Source of the DNA: an uncultured delta proteobacterium
GTDB taxonomy: Bacteria; Myxococcota; Myxococcia; SLRQ01
Direction of reading: 5' to 3'
Length of the DNA: 64,000 bases
Assembly: GCA_963727485.1 (NCBI GenBank)
Contig: CAVSGM010000002.1
Location: 64,001 to 128,000, forward strand
Below, piece after piece: positions 20,001 to 29,827 of the stretch. The notes under the pieces are model-generated. The model saw only the letters and a program-made list of their open reading frames with translations, searched no databases and had not been told where the DNA came from. Each line of letters opens with the position of its first letter. Position 1 is the first letter of the stretch. The translations under genes and the position numbers were made by a program.

Positions 20001-20379
20001 GGGCGGCGGCCCGATCCCGGACGAAGGCCGAGGTGACGGCGACCACCGCCAGGAGCCGCCAGAAGTCGAAGGCCTCGATGGCCGAGTAGCCCCGCACCGA
20101 GGTGAAGACCAGCGAGAGGATCACCGTGGCCGCGTGGAGGACCAGGGGCCCGTCCACCGGGCTCCGGGCGAGGCCCGGGCGGCGCTGGAGGGTGAGGCCG
20201 AGGAGGGCCAGGAGCACCACCCCCCAGGCGAGCTGCTCGCCGGCGATGCTCGCGGGGACGCAGGCGGAGAAGACCACCGCCGCCGCCGAGGCGACCGCCG
20301 CCGTCCACCGCGACGCCGGGGTGGGGATCGGGTCGGCGGCGGGGGCCGCGGCCTCGGGGTGGGCAGGGAGCGCGCTCAT
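16995..20379 (-). CDS. O-antigen ligase (Wzy_C) domain fused to a trypsin-like pseudoprotease, a TSP3 repeat and an FG-GAP region; frameshift near 17460
   Basis: R.SGLF, FTEVRAAW, R..MW...P.TGVG.G, HAHN; then VVGHDDR, C.ATVLG..VLTTDRC, DLA, DCDG.GPPGAPLVD; DRDHDGIPDGVDDC...DSDRDGVGDAC; after removing one base near 17460, AADLDGDGRDELLI and a stop at 16995. Confidence 0.7.
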
Positions 20380-20420
20380 CGGGGAAGCCCGGGGATCCAG
20401 GGCGGCGGGACTCTACCGCA

Positions 20421-21491
20421 TCAGGCGTCGAGAAGAAGCAGGGCGAGGCCCAAGGCGGCCGGGAGGGCCACGGGGATCCACGCGGCGAGCCACGGCGCCA
20501 GGAGCCCGGAGAGGCCGAGCGCCCGCCCCAGCGCCAGGAGGGTCCACCCGGCAAAGGCGATGGCGACGCCCGTCCCCGCGGTCTCCACCACCGTCCGGGG
20601 GACGTGCAGCCGGAGGGCCAGGCCCAGGGCGAGGGTGGCCAGGGCCAGGCCCAGGAGCGGGAGGGCGCGGCGGCTCTGCCGCTCGACGGTCATCGCCGCC
20701 ACCGGTCGGCCCTGGTGGCGACGGAGGCGGATGGCCTGGTCGAGCTCGGCGCCGGTGAGCTCCCTGGGCTCGCCGGGGAGGCCCGCGAAGATCGCCGGGG
20801 CCAGCTCGACCCGCATCGGCCCCTGGGTGAGGGCCACGTGACGGGGGTCCGCCGGGAAGCGCCAGACCCGCACGCCCTCGGCGTGCCACCGGCCGTCCGC
20901 AAAGGTCAGGGTGTCGGCGGTGGCGAGGCGGGTGAAGCGGCCGCCGGTGGCGTCGTAGCGGGTGACGTCCTCCAGGCGGTGGCCCCCGTCGTCGATGTGG
21001 CCCACGTGGTAGAGGGTGTGCCCCTGGCCGGCGTACCAGTGGGGCCGGAGGTGGAAGATGGTCCAGGTGTAGGTCCACCGCTGGAGGACCCGGACCTGGA
21101 TGTGGGTCACGGTCCGCTCCAGGCGGGGCACCGGCCCGTCGGCGGCCCAGAAGGCGACGACCGAGAGGACGGCGGCCACCGCCATCGCCGGCAGGGCCAG
21201 GCGGAAGGGTCCGGCGCCGGCGCCGCGCAGGGCCAGGAGCTCGCCGCTGCGGTGGAGGGCGTGGACGGTGAACAGCACCCCGAAGAGGAGCGCCAGGGGC
21301 AGGGCCTGGAGGGCCATCCCCGGGGCCTTGTGGAGGTAGAGCTCGATCCCCAGTCGCAATCCGTCCCGGTGGGCGGCGAGGTCCGGGGCGAGGTCGGCGA
21401 GGTCCGCGAGGACGAGGAGCCCCAGGGCCGCCACCAGCCCGGCGAGGATCCGGGCGCCGTAGGCCCGCACCAGCATCCGCATCCCCGTCAT
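20421..21491 (-). CDS. lptG: LPS export ABC transporter permease LptG (YjgP/YjgQ family)
   Basis: LPLALLFGVL...LHRSGELLALRGAG, periplasmic beta-jellyroll region, LAAWIP; ATGA overlap with lptF. Confidence 0.8.
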   Translation of the reverse strand: MTGMRMLVRAYGARILAGLVAALGLLVLADLADLAPDLAAHRDGLRLGIELYLHKAPGMALQALPLALLFGVLFTVHALHRSGELLALRGAGAGPFRLALPAMAVAAVLSVVAFWAADGPVPRLERTVTHIQVRVLQRWTYTWTIFHLRPHWYAGQGHTLYHVGHIDDGGHRLEDVTRYDATGGRFTRLATADTLTFADGRWHAEGVRVWRFPADPRHVALTQGPMRVELAPAIFAGLPGEPRELTGAELDQAIRLRRHQGRPVAAMTVERQSRRALPLLGLALATLALGLALRLHVPRTVVETAGTGVAIAFAGWTLLALGRALGLSGLLAPWLAAWIPVALPAALGLALLLLDA

Positions 21492-22613
21492 CGCCGAGCG
21501 CGCCTCCACAGGAGCCAGACCCCGGCGCCGAGGGCCGCGACGTTGGGGATCCACACCGCGAGCCACGGGGGCACCCGGCCGGCCATCGCCCAGGCCTCCC
21601 CGAGGCGGAGGACCAGGTACCAGGCGACCACCAGCCCGATCCCCGCCACGAAGGCGAGCCCCCGCCGGGGCTCCCGCCGCCCGGCGCCGGCGAGGCCCAG
21701 CGGCATCCCCAGGATCGCCAGCGCCAGGCAGGCGAACGGGAAGGCGATCCGGTGATGGTAGAGGGTGAGGATCTTCCGGCGCAGCGCCGGGGTCTTCGCC
21801 GCCCGGGCCCGCTGGAGCAGGGCGCCGGCGGTCCGGGTGTCGAGGCTGCCGATGAACTTCACCCGGTGTTTCACCGTCTCGCTCACGTCGATGGTGATGC
21901 GGCCCTGGTCGAAGCGGGCCCGGGTGAGGGTGGGGCGCCCGGCGGCGTCGGGGGGGCCGGGCTCGAGGAGCTCGCCGTGGCGGACCACGAGATCGAGGCC
22001 GCCTCGCACCGGCATCAGCTGCGCCCGGGTCGCCACCACCGTGGCGTCGCCCCCGCGCTCGGCGATCTGGAGGAAGACCCCGGTGAGGGTGCCGTCGGGG
22101 CGCCGGCCCAGGGCCCGGAGGGTGACGCCGGGGATCTCCTCGTGGATCACCGCGGGCTTGAGCCCCCCCGCGAGGTTCTTCTCCACCACGTGGGCGAGGC
22201 GCGACGAGAGGGCGCGGAGGGACGCCGGGGTGGCCACGGTGGTGAGGACCAGGGTCGCGGCGGTCGCCAGGACCCCGAGGAGCACCGGCCCGGGCCAGAG
22301 CGACAGCGGAGAGCCCCCGGCGGCCTCGAAGGCGAGGATCTCCCGGTCGGTGGCGAGGCGCCCGAGGCCGGCGACCACCCCCACCATGGTGGCGATGGGG
22401 AAGGTGAAGACCAGGAACCGGGGGAGGAGCAGGGCCAGGATCGCGAAGAAGTCGCCGGCGGTGAGCCCGTACCCGAAGGCCGCCTGGCCGATGCGCAGGA
22501 TTCTGGGTGGTGAGGAGCAGCAGGACGATGACGACCACGGCGCTCACCGCCGGGAGGAGCACCTCCCGGGCCGTGTACCAAGTCAGCCGTCGCCCGCCGC
22601 CGCTGAAGGCCAT
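21488..22613 (-). CDS. lptF: LPS export ABC transporter permease LptF, frameshifted near 22500
   Basis: N-terminus RRLTWYTAREVL in one frame; remainder GRLATDREILAFEAAG...HHRIAFPFACL...WIPN in the next; joined by deleting one base of CCAGAATC. Confidence 0.8.
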
Positions 22614-22683
22614 CGGCGCGGAACATAGCACGGGGTCGCCGGCCCCCTTGGCGCCCCTTCGGCCCTGCGGCTATCTTCCCGCC

Positions 22684-23340
22684 ATGCCCGATCCCGAGCC
22701 CAAGGCCGCGCCGCCCGCCCTGGCCCCGAACCTCGCCGCCGCGGTCCGCCGGGCGGTGGGGCACCTGGTGGCCGGGGGCCTGGTGATCGCGCCCACCGAG
22801 TCGGCCTACGGGATCTTCGTCCTCGCCAACCGGCCCAAGGCCCTGGCGCGGCTCCGGGCCCTCAAGGGCCGGCCCGCGGGCCAGCCCCTGCCGCTGGTGG
22901 TCGCCGACCTGGTCGCCCTCGCCCGGGTGGCGCTCCCGCCGAGCGACGCCCAGAGCCGGGTGATGCAGTACCTCTGGCCCGGGCCCCTGACCCTGGTGCT
23001 CCCGGCGCGGGACGACGTCCCCGAGGAGGTCACCGGGGCCACCGGCACCGTGGGCGTGCGCATCTCCCCGCACCCGGTGACCGCGGCCCTCTGCCAGCTC
23101 ACCGGGCCGCTCACCGCCACCAGCGCCAACCTCTCCGGGGGCCCGCTGGTCCGAAACGTCGGCGAGCTCGACCCGGCGCTCCTCGTCGAGGACGTCCTGG
23201 TGGTCGACGGGGGCTTCTGCCCCGACGCGCCGCCGTCCACCGTGGCCCGCATCGACGCCGACGGCACCGTGACCATCCTCCGGGAGGGCCCGGTGAGCGA
23301 GAAGCAGATCCGCGCCGTCCTCGGCCAGCCCGACGACTGA
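22684..23340 (+). CDS. tsaC: L-threonylcarbamoyladenylate synthase (TsaC/YrdC)
   Basis: PTESAYG, KGRP..QPL, WPGPLTLVL, TVGVR, TSANLSG, PSTV; start ATG 22684. Confidence 0.9.
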   Translation: MPDPEPKAAPPALAPNLAAAVRRAVGHLVAGGLVIAPTESAYGIFVLANRPKALARLRALKGRPAGQPLPLVVADLVALARVALPPSDAQSRVMQYLWPGPLTLVLPARDDVPEEVTGATGTVGVRISPHPVTAALCQLTGPLTATSANLSGGPLVRNVGELDPALLVEDVLVVDGGFCPDAPPSTVARIDADGTVTILREGPVSEKQIRAVLGQPDD

Positions 23341-23394
23341 CCGGCCGTCGCCCCGCCCCCCCTCGACCGGCGCTCCCCGCCGGAGGTCCCGCCC

Positions 23395-24703
23395 ATGCCC
23401 CGCGTCCAGGCCTTCCGCGCCCTCCACTACACCCCCGCGGCCGGTCGGCCCGACGACCTGGTGGCCCCGCCCTACGACGTCCTCGACGACGCCGGCCGCG
23501 CCCGGCTCCTCGCCGGGCGGCCCCACAACCTGGTCCACCTCACGCTCCCCGAGCCCTCGGATCCGGCGCGGCCGGAGACCCGCTACGCCGCCGCCGCGGA
23601 CCGCCTCGCCAGCTGGATCACCGACGGCGTGCTCACCCGGGACGCCGAGCCGGCGCTCTTCGCCATGACCCAGCGCTTCACCCTCCCGGACGGCACCGGG
23701 GCGGTGCGCGCCGGGGTGCTCGCGGCCATGCGCCTCCACGACTTCGACGAGGGCGTGGTGCTCCCCCACGAGCGGATCCTCACCGCGCCCTTCGAGGATC
23801 GCCTGCGCCTGCGGCGGGCCACCCGCACCCAGCTCGAGCCCATCTTCCTGGTGTTCTCCAATCCCACCGGGGCGGTGCGCGAGGCGGTGGGCGCGGCCCG
23901 GGGCGAGGCGCCGGTGATGGCCGCGACCACCGGTGACGGGGTCACCCACGGCCTCCACCGGATCGCCGGGCGGGCGCAGATCGACGCGGTGGCCTCGGCG
24001 CTCGCGCCCCAGCGGGCGGTGATCGCCGACGGCCACCACCGGTACCAGACCGCGCTCGCCTACCGCGACGAGGTGGGCCGGGACCTCGAGGGCCCCCACC
24101 AGTGGGTCCTGGCCTTCCTCTGCCCCCTCGAGGACCCGGGGCTCCAGAATCCTGCCGACCCACCGGCTGGTCCACTCGGTGCCGGGCCTCGACCCAGGGC
24201 GGCTCCTCGAGGACGCCCGGTCCTTCTTCGAGGCGACGCCCGTGGGCGCCAATCCGGCCACCGCCGCCGGGCGCCAGGCGATCCTGGGCGCCCTGGCCGA
24301 CGCCGGCCGGGAGGCGAGCACCGTCGCCCTGGTGACCCCGGACGGCCGGGCCTTCACCCTGCGCCGCCGCCCCGACGCCGCGCCCCCGCCCCCGGTCGCA
24401 GAGCTCCCCACAGACCTCGCCGCCCTCGACGTGAGCGTCCTCCACGGCGGGATCCTCCAGCACCTGATGGGCCTCTCCCCCGAGAGCCAGGCGCGCAAGG
24501 AGAACCTGCGCTACGTCGACGCCGCCGGCCCGGCCTTCGACGCCATCGCCGCGGGCGAGGGCCAGCTGCTCTTCCTGATGAACGCCACGCCCATGGACCA
24601 GGTCCGGGCCGTCGCCGAGGCCGGGCACCGGATGCCCCAGAAGAGCACCTTCTTCTACCCCAAGCTCGCCAGCGGCCTGGCCCTGAACCCCCTCACCGAC
24701 TGA
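23395..24703 (+). CDS. DUF1015 family protein, frameshifted near 24148
   Basis: APPYDV, LPHE, IADGHHRY; corrected junction LQILPTHRLV; C-terminal MPQKSTFFYPKL.SGL. Confidence 0.85.
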
Positions 24704-24808
24704 CCGGGGCCGCCGGGCGCGGGCACGAGGCGAGCGGGGCGGCGGCGCGGGGGGAGAGCGCCCCATGGCGGCGTTTGATCCCCGCGGGCCACGCGCTATG
24801 CTCCCGCC

Positions 24809-25780
24809 ATGTTCCCCACCGACCGCCCCCGCCGCCTCCGCCGCACCGAGACCCTCCGCCGGATGGTCCGGGAGACCCGCCTCCAGCCCTCCGACCTCAT
24901 GTACCCGGTGTTCGTGGTCCCCGGGAAGGGCGTGGTGAACCCGGTGAAGTCCATGCCCGGCGTCTCCCAGCGCTCGGTCGACGAGACGGTCAAGGACGTC
25001 CGGGCCGCCTGGGACGTGGGGGTCGCCTCGGTGATCCTCTTCGGGATCCCCGAGCACAAGGACGCCCGGGGCACCGAGGCCTACGACGACGACGGGGTGG
25101 TGCAGCAGGCCATCCGCGCCATCAAGGACGCGGTCCCGGAGATGTGCGTGGTCACCGACGTCTGCCTCTGCGAGTACACCGACCACGGCCACTGCGGCAT
25201 CGTCGAGGGCGACCGCATCCTCAACGACCCCACCCTCGAGCTGCTGGCCCGGGAGGCGGTGAGCCACGCCAAGGCCGGCGCCGACATCGTCGCCCCCAGC
25301 GACATGATGGACGGCCGGGTCGGCGCCATCCGCGCCGCCCTCGACGAGGAGGGCTTCGAGGAGACGGCGCTGATGAGCTACGCGGTGAAGTACGCCAGCG
25401 CCTTCTATGGTCCGTTCCGGGACGCCGCCGACAGCGCCCCGAGCTTCGGCGACCGCAAGACCCACCAGATGGACCCGGCCAACGCCCGGGAGGCCATGCG
25501 CGAGGCCGAGGAGGACGTCCTCGAGGGCGCCGACATCCTCATGGTCAAGCCCGCGCTCCCCTACCTCGACGTGGTCCGGCAGGTCCGCGACCGCTTCGAC
25601 CTCCCGGTGGCCGCCTACCAGGTCAGCGGCGAGTACGCGATGGTCATGGCCGCCGCCGCCAACGGCTGGGTCGACGCCGACCGGGTCCTCCTCGAGAGCC
25701 TCACCTCCATCCGCCGGGCCGGCGCCGACCTCATCCTCACCTACGCGGCGCCGCGGGTCTCGCGCCTCCTGGGCCGATAG
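24809..25780 (+). CDS. hemB: Porphobilinogen synthase (Zn-dependent)
   Basis: [49 protein letters not shown]. Confidence 0.97.
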   Translation: MFPTDRPRRLRRTETLRRMVRETRLQPSDLMYPVFVVPGKGVVNPVKSMPGVSQRSVDETVKDVRAAWDVGVASVILFGIPEHKDARGTEAYDDDGVVQQAIRAIKDAVPEMCVVTDVCLCEYTDHGHCGIVEGDRILNDPTLELLAREAVSHAKAGADIVAPSDMMDGRVGAIRAALDEEGFEETALMSYAVKYASAFYGPFRDAADSAPSFGDRKTHQMDPANAREAMREAEEDVLEGADILMVKPALPYLDVVRQVRDRFDLPVAAYQVSGEYAMVMAAAANGWVDADRVLLESLTSIRRAGADLILTYAAPRVSRLLGR

Positions 25781-25783
25781 GGC

Positions 25784-25969
25784 ATGGTGTACAAGGTCGT
25801 CGAGGTGGGGACCGTCACCGACGAGAGCCTGGAGCAGGTGCTCAACGCCTACACCGCCGAGGGCTGGCACCTCGACACCATCCACTTCGCCATGCGCGAG
25901 TCCTCCAAGCGGCCGGCGATGGCCTTCGTCCTCTTCACCCGTGAGGATCCAGGTGCCCAAGGGCCCTAA
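25784..25969 (+). CDS. DUF4177-like small protein
   Basis: YKVVE...LEQVLN....GW pattern; starts 3 nt after the hemB stop. Confidence 0.7.
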   Translation: MVYKVVEVGTVTDESLEQVLNAYTAEGWHLDTIHFAMRESSKRPAMAFVLFTREDPGAQGP

Positions 25970-26462
25970 GAAGGTCTACCCCAAGGCCGATCTCGTCCAC
26001 CGCGCGGTGGCGCGCTTCGCGGACGTGATCATCGCCATCCTCGCGGACCGCCTCCTGCCGGGGGGCGTGGGGGGCCTCATCGCCATCGCCTACCTCCTCC
26101 TCGCCGACGGCTTCCTCATCGGCCAGAGCCCGGGGAAGAAGCTCGGCGGGGTGAAGGTGGTCAACCTCAAGACCGGGCTCCCGGCGCGCTACCGGGAGAG
26201 CGCGGTGAGGAACCTCCCCTTCGCCCTGGTGGCGCTCTTCTACTACATCCCCATCATCGGCTGGGTGCTCTTCCCGGTGGCGGGGCTCTTCATCGTGGCC
26301 TTCGAGAGCTACATGGCCTGGACCAATCGCCTGGGCCTGCGCATCGGCGACGTCTTCGCCGACACCCAGGTCATCGACGCCTCGGTGCCGGTGGAGGCCG
26401 AGGAGCCCGCCGGCGGGACCCGGGTGCGGGCCCGGGATCTCCCGGACGGCGAACCGGCGTAG
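25953..26462 (+). CDS. RDD family membrane protein
   Basis: RAVARFAD, GQSPGKKLGG.KVV, RN, RIGD.FADTQV; GTG start after GAGGA. Confidence 0.85.
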   Translation: MPKGPKKVYPKADLVHRAVARFADVIIAILADRLLPGGVGGLIAIAYLLLADGFLIGQSPGKKLGGVKVVNLKTGLPARYRESAVRNLPFALVALFYYIPIIGWVLFPVAGLFIVAFESYMAWTNRLGLRIGDVFADTQVIDASVPVEAEEPAGGTRVRARDLPDGEPA

Positions 26463-26507
26463 GGGCCGCGCCGGCGTTCGGGCCGGATCGAGGGGCCGCG
26501 GCGCCGG

Positions 26508-27053
26508 CTAGGGCGCCGGCATGCTGGCGCTGAAGCTCACCGTCACCGTGCAGCTCTTGGTGCTGCCCGTCCCCGAGGGGATGTCCATGGTGGCGAGGCT
26601 GCCGGAGAGGACGTAGTTCCCGGACTTCGCCTTGTCGTTGGTGACCGAGGCGCTGAAGACGATCTGGAGGTCGACCTGGTTGGCGCCGGTGGAGGTGGCG
26701 AGGCGGCTGGTGCGCCGGGTCAGGGAGATGGTGCCGAGGTCGGTCTTGGCCGAGGTGCTCGGGGCGTAGAGGGGCCCGGTGAGCTCCAGGCTCTGCTGGT
26801 TCACCTGGTCGAGGATCCCCACGCTCACCTGGGTGAGGTCGGCGTTCTGCTGGACCGTGAGCGTCGACGGCAGGGTGTAGGGGGTGAACTCGCAGCTCCC
26901 CTGGGTCTGGGTGGTGTCGACCCCGTAGCTCCCGGCGATGGGATTGCAGGTCGATCCCGACTTGCACGCGTCCAGGGGCTTGCCGCAGCCCCAGACGAGG
27001 ACGGAGGAGAGGAGGACCACGGCCCCGGCCAGCATCGATCGCGCGCGTGTCAT
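26508..27053 (-). CDS. Hypothetical Ser/Thr-rich lipoprotein
   Basis: Signal peptide ending VWGC; beta-rich body with Cys pairs. Confidence 0.7.
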   Translation of the reverse strand: MTRARSMLAGAVVLLSSVLVWGCGKPLDACKSGSTCNPIAGSYGVDTTQTQGSCEFTPYTLPSTLTVQQNADLTQVSVGILDQVNQQSLELTGPLYAPSTSAKTDLGTISLTRRTSRLATSTGANQVDLQIVFSASVTNDKAKSGNYVLSGSLATMDIPSGTGSTKSCTVTVSFSASMPAP

Positions 27054-27105
27054 CGTGCCGTACCATAGCACCGCCCGCAGGGGGGCGGTACCGGTTCGAG
27101 GGGGA

Positions 27106-28462
27106 TCAGCCCCCCTGCCGGAGCCAGCGCCAGAATCTGGGCCGGGGAGGCCTGGTTCCCGTGGAGGAGCAGGGAGACCCGGAACAGGCGCCCGGCGGCC
27201 TTGAGGGCGAGCCAGGCGGCGACGACCAGCACCGCCAGGGCGCCGGCGAGCTCCACGGGGGGCAGGTGGCCGGCCGACATCCGGAACATCACGGTGATCG
27301 GGGCGGTCACCGGGACGAAGGTGAGGACCCGGGCGAAGAGCCCGTTCGGCGACTGGATGATCACGAAGCTGAACATGAAGGGGATCATCGCCGTCAGGGT
27401 GAACACCCCCGAGAGCTGCTGGGCGTGGCGGGCGGTGTCGGCGATGGCCCCGACCCCGAGCATCAGGGCGCCGAAGAGGGCGTAGCCGGCGAGGAAGAAC
27501 GCCGTGGCCCAGGCGATCTGGGTCAGGGAGATGCCAATCATCGGGGCGAGGATGGCCAGGGGGACGGCGAGGAGGCCCACCCAGAGGGCGAACTGGAGGA
27601 GCCCGGCCCCGCCGATGCCGACCAGCTTCCCCGCGAGGAGCTCGTCGGGGGTGACGCTGGCGAGGAGCAGCTCCAGGATGCGGTTCTCCTTCTCCTCGGA
27701 GAGGCCCAGGAGCAGGTAGCCCGCCCCGGCGAAGAGGGCCACCGAGAGGAAGAGGGCGGCCATGGTGGGCACCAGGAACCGCCGGACGTCGTCGCTGACG
27801 ACCTGCTCGGGGACCTCGTGGCCCGCCGGGTCGAGGACGTGGGACTGCTTGTCCGCCACCGAGCCCAGGACCCGGTGGAGGATCGCCGGGGGCACCCGGC
27901 CGGCGAGGAGCGCCCGGCGCAGGGCGAGCGGCAGGCCGGCGCCGAAGGGGCTCACCGGGTTGGGCCGGTCGGGGTCCCGGAGCTGGTAGGTGGTGAGGGC
28001 GCCGGTGGCGAGCCAGTGGGCGTCGGTGACCACCACCCCGGTGAGCTTCCCGGCGAGGAGGTCGTGGCGGGCGGCGGCGAGGCTCGGGTAGCCCTGGTAG
28101 TGGTCGGGCTTCCGGTCGGAGGTCGGGGCCGAGAGGACCGGGGGCAGGTCCGTGAGGGCCTTGCGGGCGGAGGGGGGCAGGCCGGCGGTGGGGATGGGGA
28201 GCGCCGGGCGCTTCGTCGCCGCCTGCGGGCCCCGGTCCAGGGCCTTCAGGTCCAGGAGCCCGGTCTGGTCGACCACGCCCACGTGCGCCGGCTCCGGGCC
28301 GCCGAGGATCCGGTCGGGCTTGAGGAGCCCGTTGAGGAAGAGCATGAACACCGGCAGCAGCGGCACCAGGATCGTCGAGATGATGAACCCGGGGCGGGTG
28401 ACGGTGGTCCACAGCTCCCGGCGGGCGATGCGCCGGACCTTGGTGGCGCGGGTGGCGCTCAT
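27106..28462 (-). CDS. ABC-2 type permease (NatB/YhaP-like); apparent extra base near 27133 extends the tracked ORF to 27050
   Basis: IARRE, SEEKENRILELLLASV, GKLVG, TAPI.VMFR; deleting one base restores the ending QIWRWLRQGG-stop at 27106. Confidence 0.85.
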
Positions 28463-29460
28463 CCCAGGGCCCCCGCCGGGCTCCCGGCCCGGAGCTCGGC
28501 CCGGAGGCGCTCGGCGTCGAGGTCGGTCTCGCCGGTGACCGCGGCGATGAACACCTCCTCCAGGGAGGGCAGGGCGCGGCTGAAGTGGTGGACCCGGGCG
28601 CCCCCGGCGAGGACCGCGGCGAGGAACGCCGAGGGATCGACCCCGTCGGCGAGGGTGACCACCCGGGTGCCGTCGGGGCGGGGTACCACGGCCTCGACCA
28701 TGGCCGCTACCGCGCCCTCGGGGGTCCAGGGGTCCTCGGTGCCCAGCGCCACCCCGCGCCCGGCGAAGCGCTCCCGGATCCCGGCGACGGTCCCCGAGAG
28801 GATCACCTCGCCCCGGCGGATGAGCACCACGTCGTCGCAGAGCTGCTGGGCCTGGTCGAGCTGGTGGGTGGAGACGATGACCCCGGCGCCCCGGGCCACC
28901 AGCTCGCGTACCACCTCGCCGATGAGGCGCCGGTTCACCGGGTCGAGGCCGGTGAAGGGCTCGTCGAGGATGATGAGCTCGGGGGCGTGGAGGATGGCGG
29001 CGCCCACCTGCACCTTCTGCTGCATCCCCTTGGATAGCGCCCGCACCTTCTTGCGGGCGTCGTCGGCGAGGCCCACCCGCTCGAGCCAGCCCTGGGCCCG
29101 GCGGCGGGCCTCGGGCTTGGAGAGCCCCGAGAGACCCACCAGGTAGGCGAGGACGTCGATGACCCGCTGCTTGGGGTAGAGGCCCCGCTCCTCGGGGAGG
29201 TAGCCGATGCGGTCCTTGAGCCCCGCCGAGGGGGGGTGGCCCAGGACCTCGATGGACCCGGCGTCGGGGCGGATGAGGTCGAGGACCATGCGGATGAGGC
29301 TGGTCTTCCCGGCGCCGTTGGGGCCGAGGAGTCCCAGGACCCGCCCGGGGGTCACCTCGAGGCTCACGCCCTTGAGGACCTTCTGGTCCCCGTAGCGCTT
29401 CTCCACGCCTCGGACGGCGAGGATCGCCGGAGACGGGGGCGCTGACCGCGGGGCCGCCAA
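28459..29460 (-). CDS. ABC transporter ATP-binding protein (YhaQ/NatA-like)
   Basis: GPNGAGKT, GYLPEERGLY, LSKGMQQK, ILDEPFTGLDP, STH, PSLEEVF. Confidence 0.92.
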   Translation of the reverse strand: MAAPRSAPPSPAILAVRGVEKRYGDQKVLKGVSLEVTPGRVLGLLGPNGAGKTSLIRMVLDLIRPDAGSIEVLGHPPSAGLKDRIGYLPEERGLYPKQRVIDVLAYLVGLSGLSKPEARRRAQGWLERVGLADDARKKVRALSKGMQQKVQVGAAILHAPELIILDEPFTGLDPVNRRLIGEVVRELVARGAGVIVSTHQLDQAQQLCDDVVLIRRGEVILSGTVAGIRERFAGRGVALGTEDPWTPEGAVAAMVEAVVPRPDGTRVVTLADGVDPSAFLAAVLAGGARVHHFSRALPSLEEVFIAAVTGETDLDAERLRAELRAGSPAGALG

Positions 29461-29467
29461 GGCTCCC

Positions 29468-29686
29468 CTAGCGGGCGCGGTAGACGATCCGGCCCTTGGT
29501 CAGGTCGTAGGGCGAGAGGGCCACGGTGACCTTGTCGCCCAGGACGATGCGGATGAAGAACTTCCGCATCTTTCCGGAGACATAGGCCAGCACCAGGTTC
29601 CCCTCGCCGATGTCCACCTTGAACATCCCGTTGGGGAGCACCTCTTTGATGGTGCCCTCCACCTCGATGAGATCTTCCTTGGCCAT
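29468..29686 (-). CDS. infA: Translation initiation factor IF-1
   Basis: [11 protein letters not shown]...SGKMR...[19 protein letters not shown]. Confidence 0.97.
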   Translation of the reverse strand: MAKEDLIEVEGTIKEVLPNGMFKVDIGEGNLVLAYVSGKMRKFFIRIVLGDKVTVALSPYDLTKGRIVYRAR

Positions 29687-29721
29687 GTCTCTTTGCCCGT
29701 TCCCCGTTCGGTGCGGCGCGC

Positions 29722-29750
29722 AACGTAGTCGAGGGTCCGCCGAGGGTCAA
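29722..29750 (-). promoter_or_regulatory. Sigma70-type promoter of infA
   Basis: TTGACC, 17 nt spacer, TACGTT. Confidence 0.6.
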
Positions 29751-29827
29751 GCGCCCCGGGTCCCGGGTGGGAAACCGGGGACGCGCGATTCCCCCCAGGG
29801 GCCCCTCGTAGTAGTGTTGGCGGGCAC

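Noticed and set aside
17347..20841. Very long plus-strand ORF, and many similar Arg/Pro/Gly-rich ORFs across the window
   Set aside because: Antisense or out-of-frame shadows of genes with clear family motifs
26461..26508. Short direct repeat AGGGGCCGCG between convergent genes
   Set aside because: Only two GC-rich copies, plausible by chance; no associated mobile element
22498..27137. Programmed ribosomal frameshifting or phase variation at the broken genes
   Set aside because: No slippery heptamers or long simple-sequence tracts; the motif lies on the coding strand in two genes and the template strand in the third, which fits a DNA-level read error
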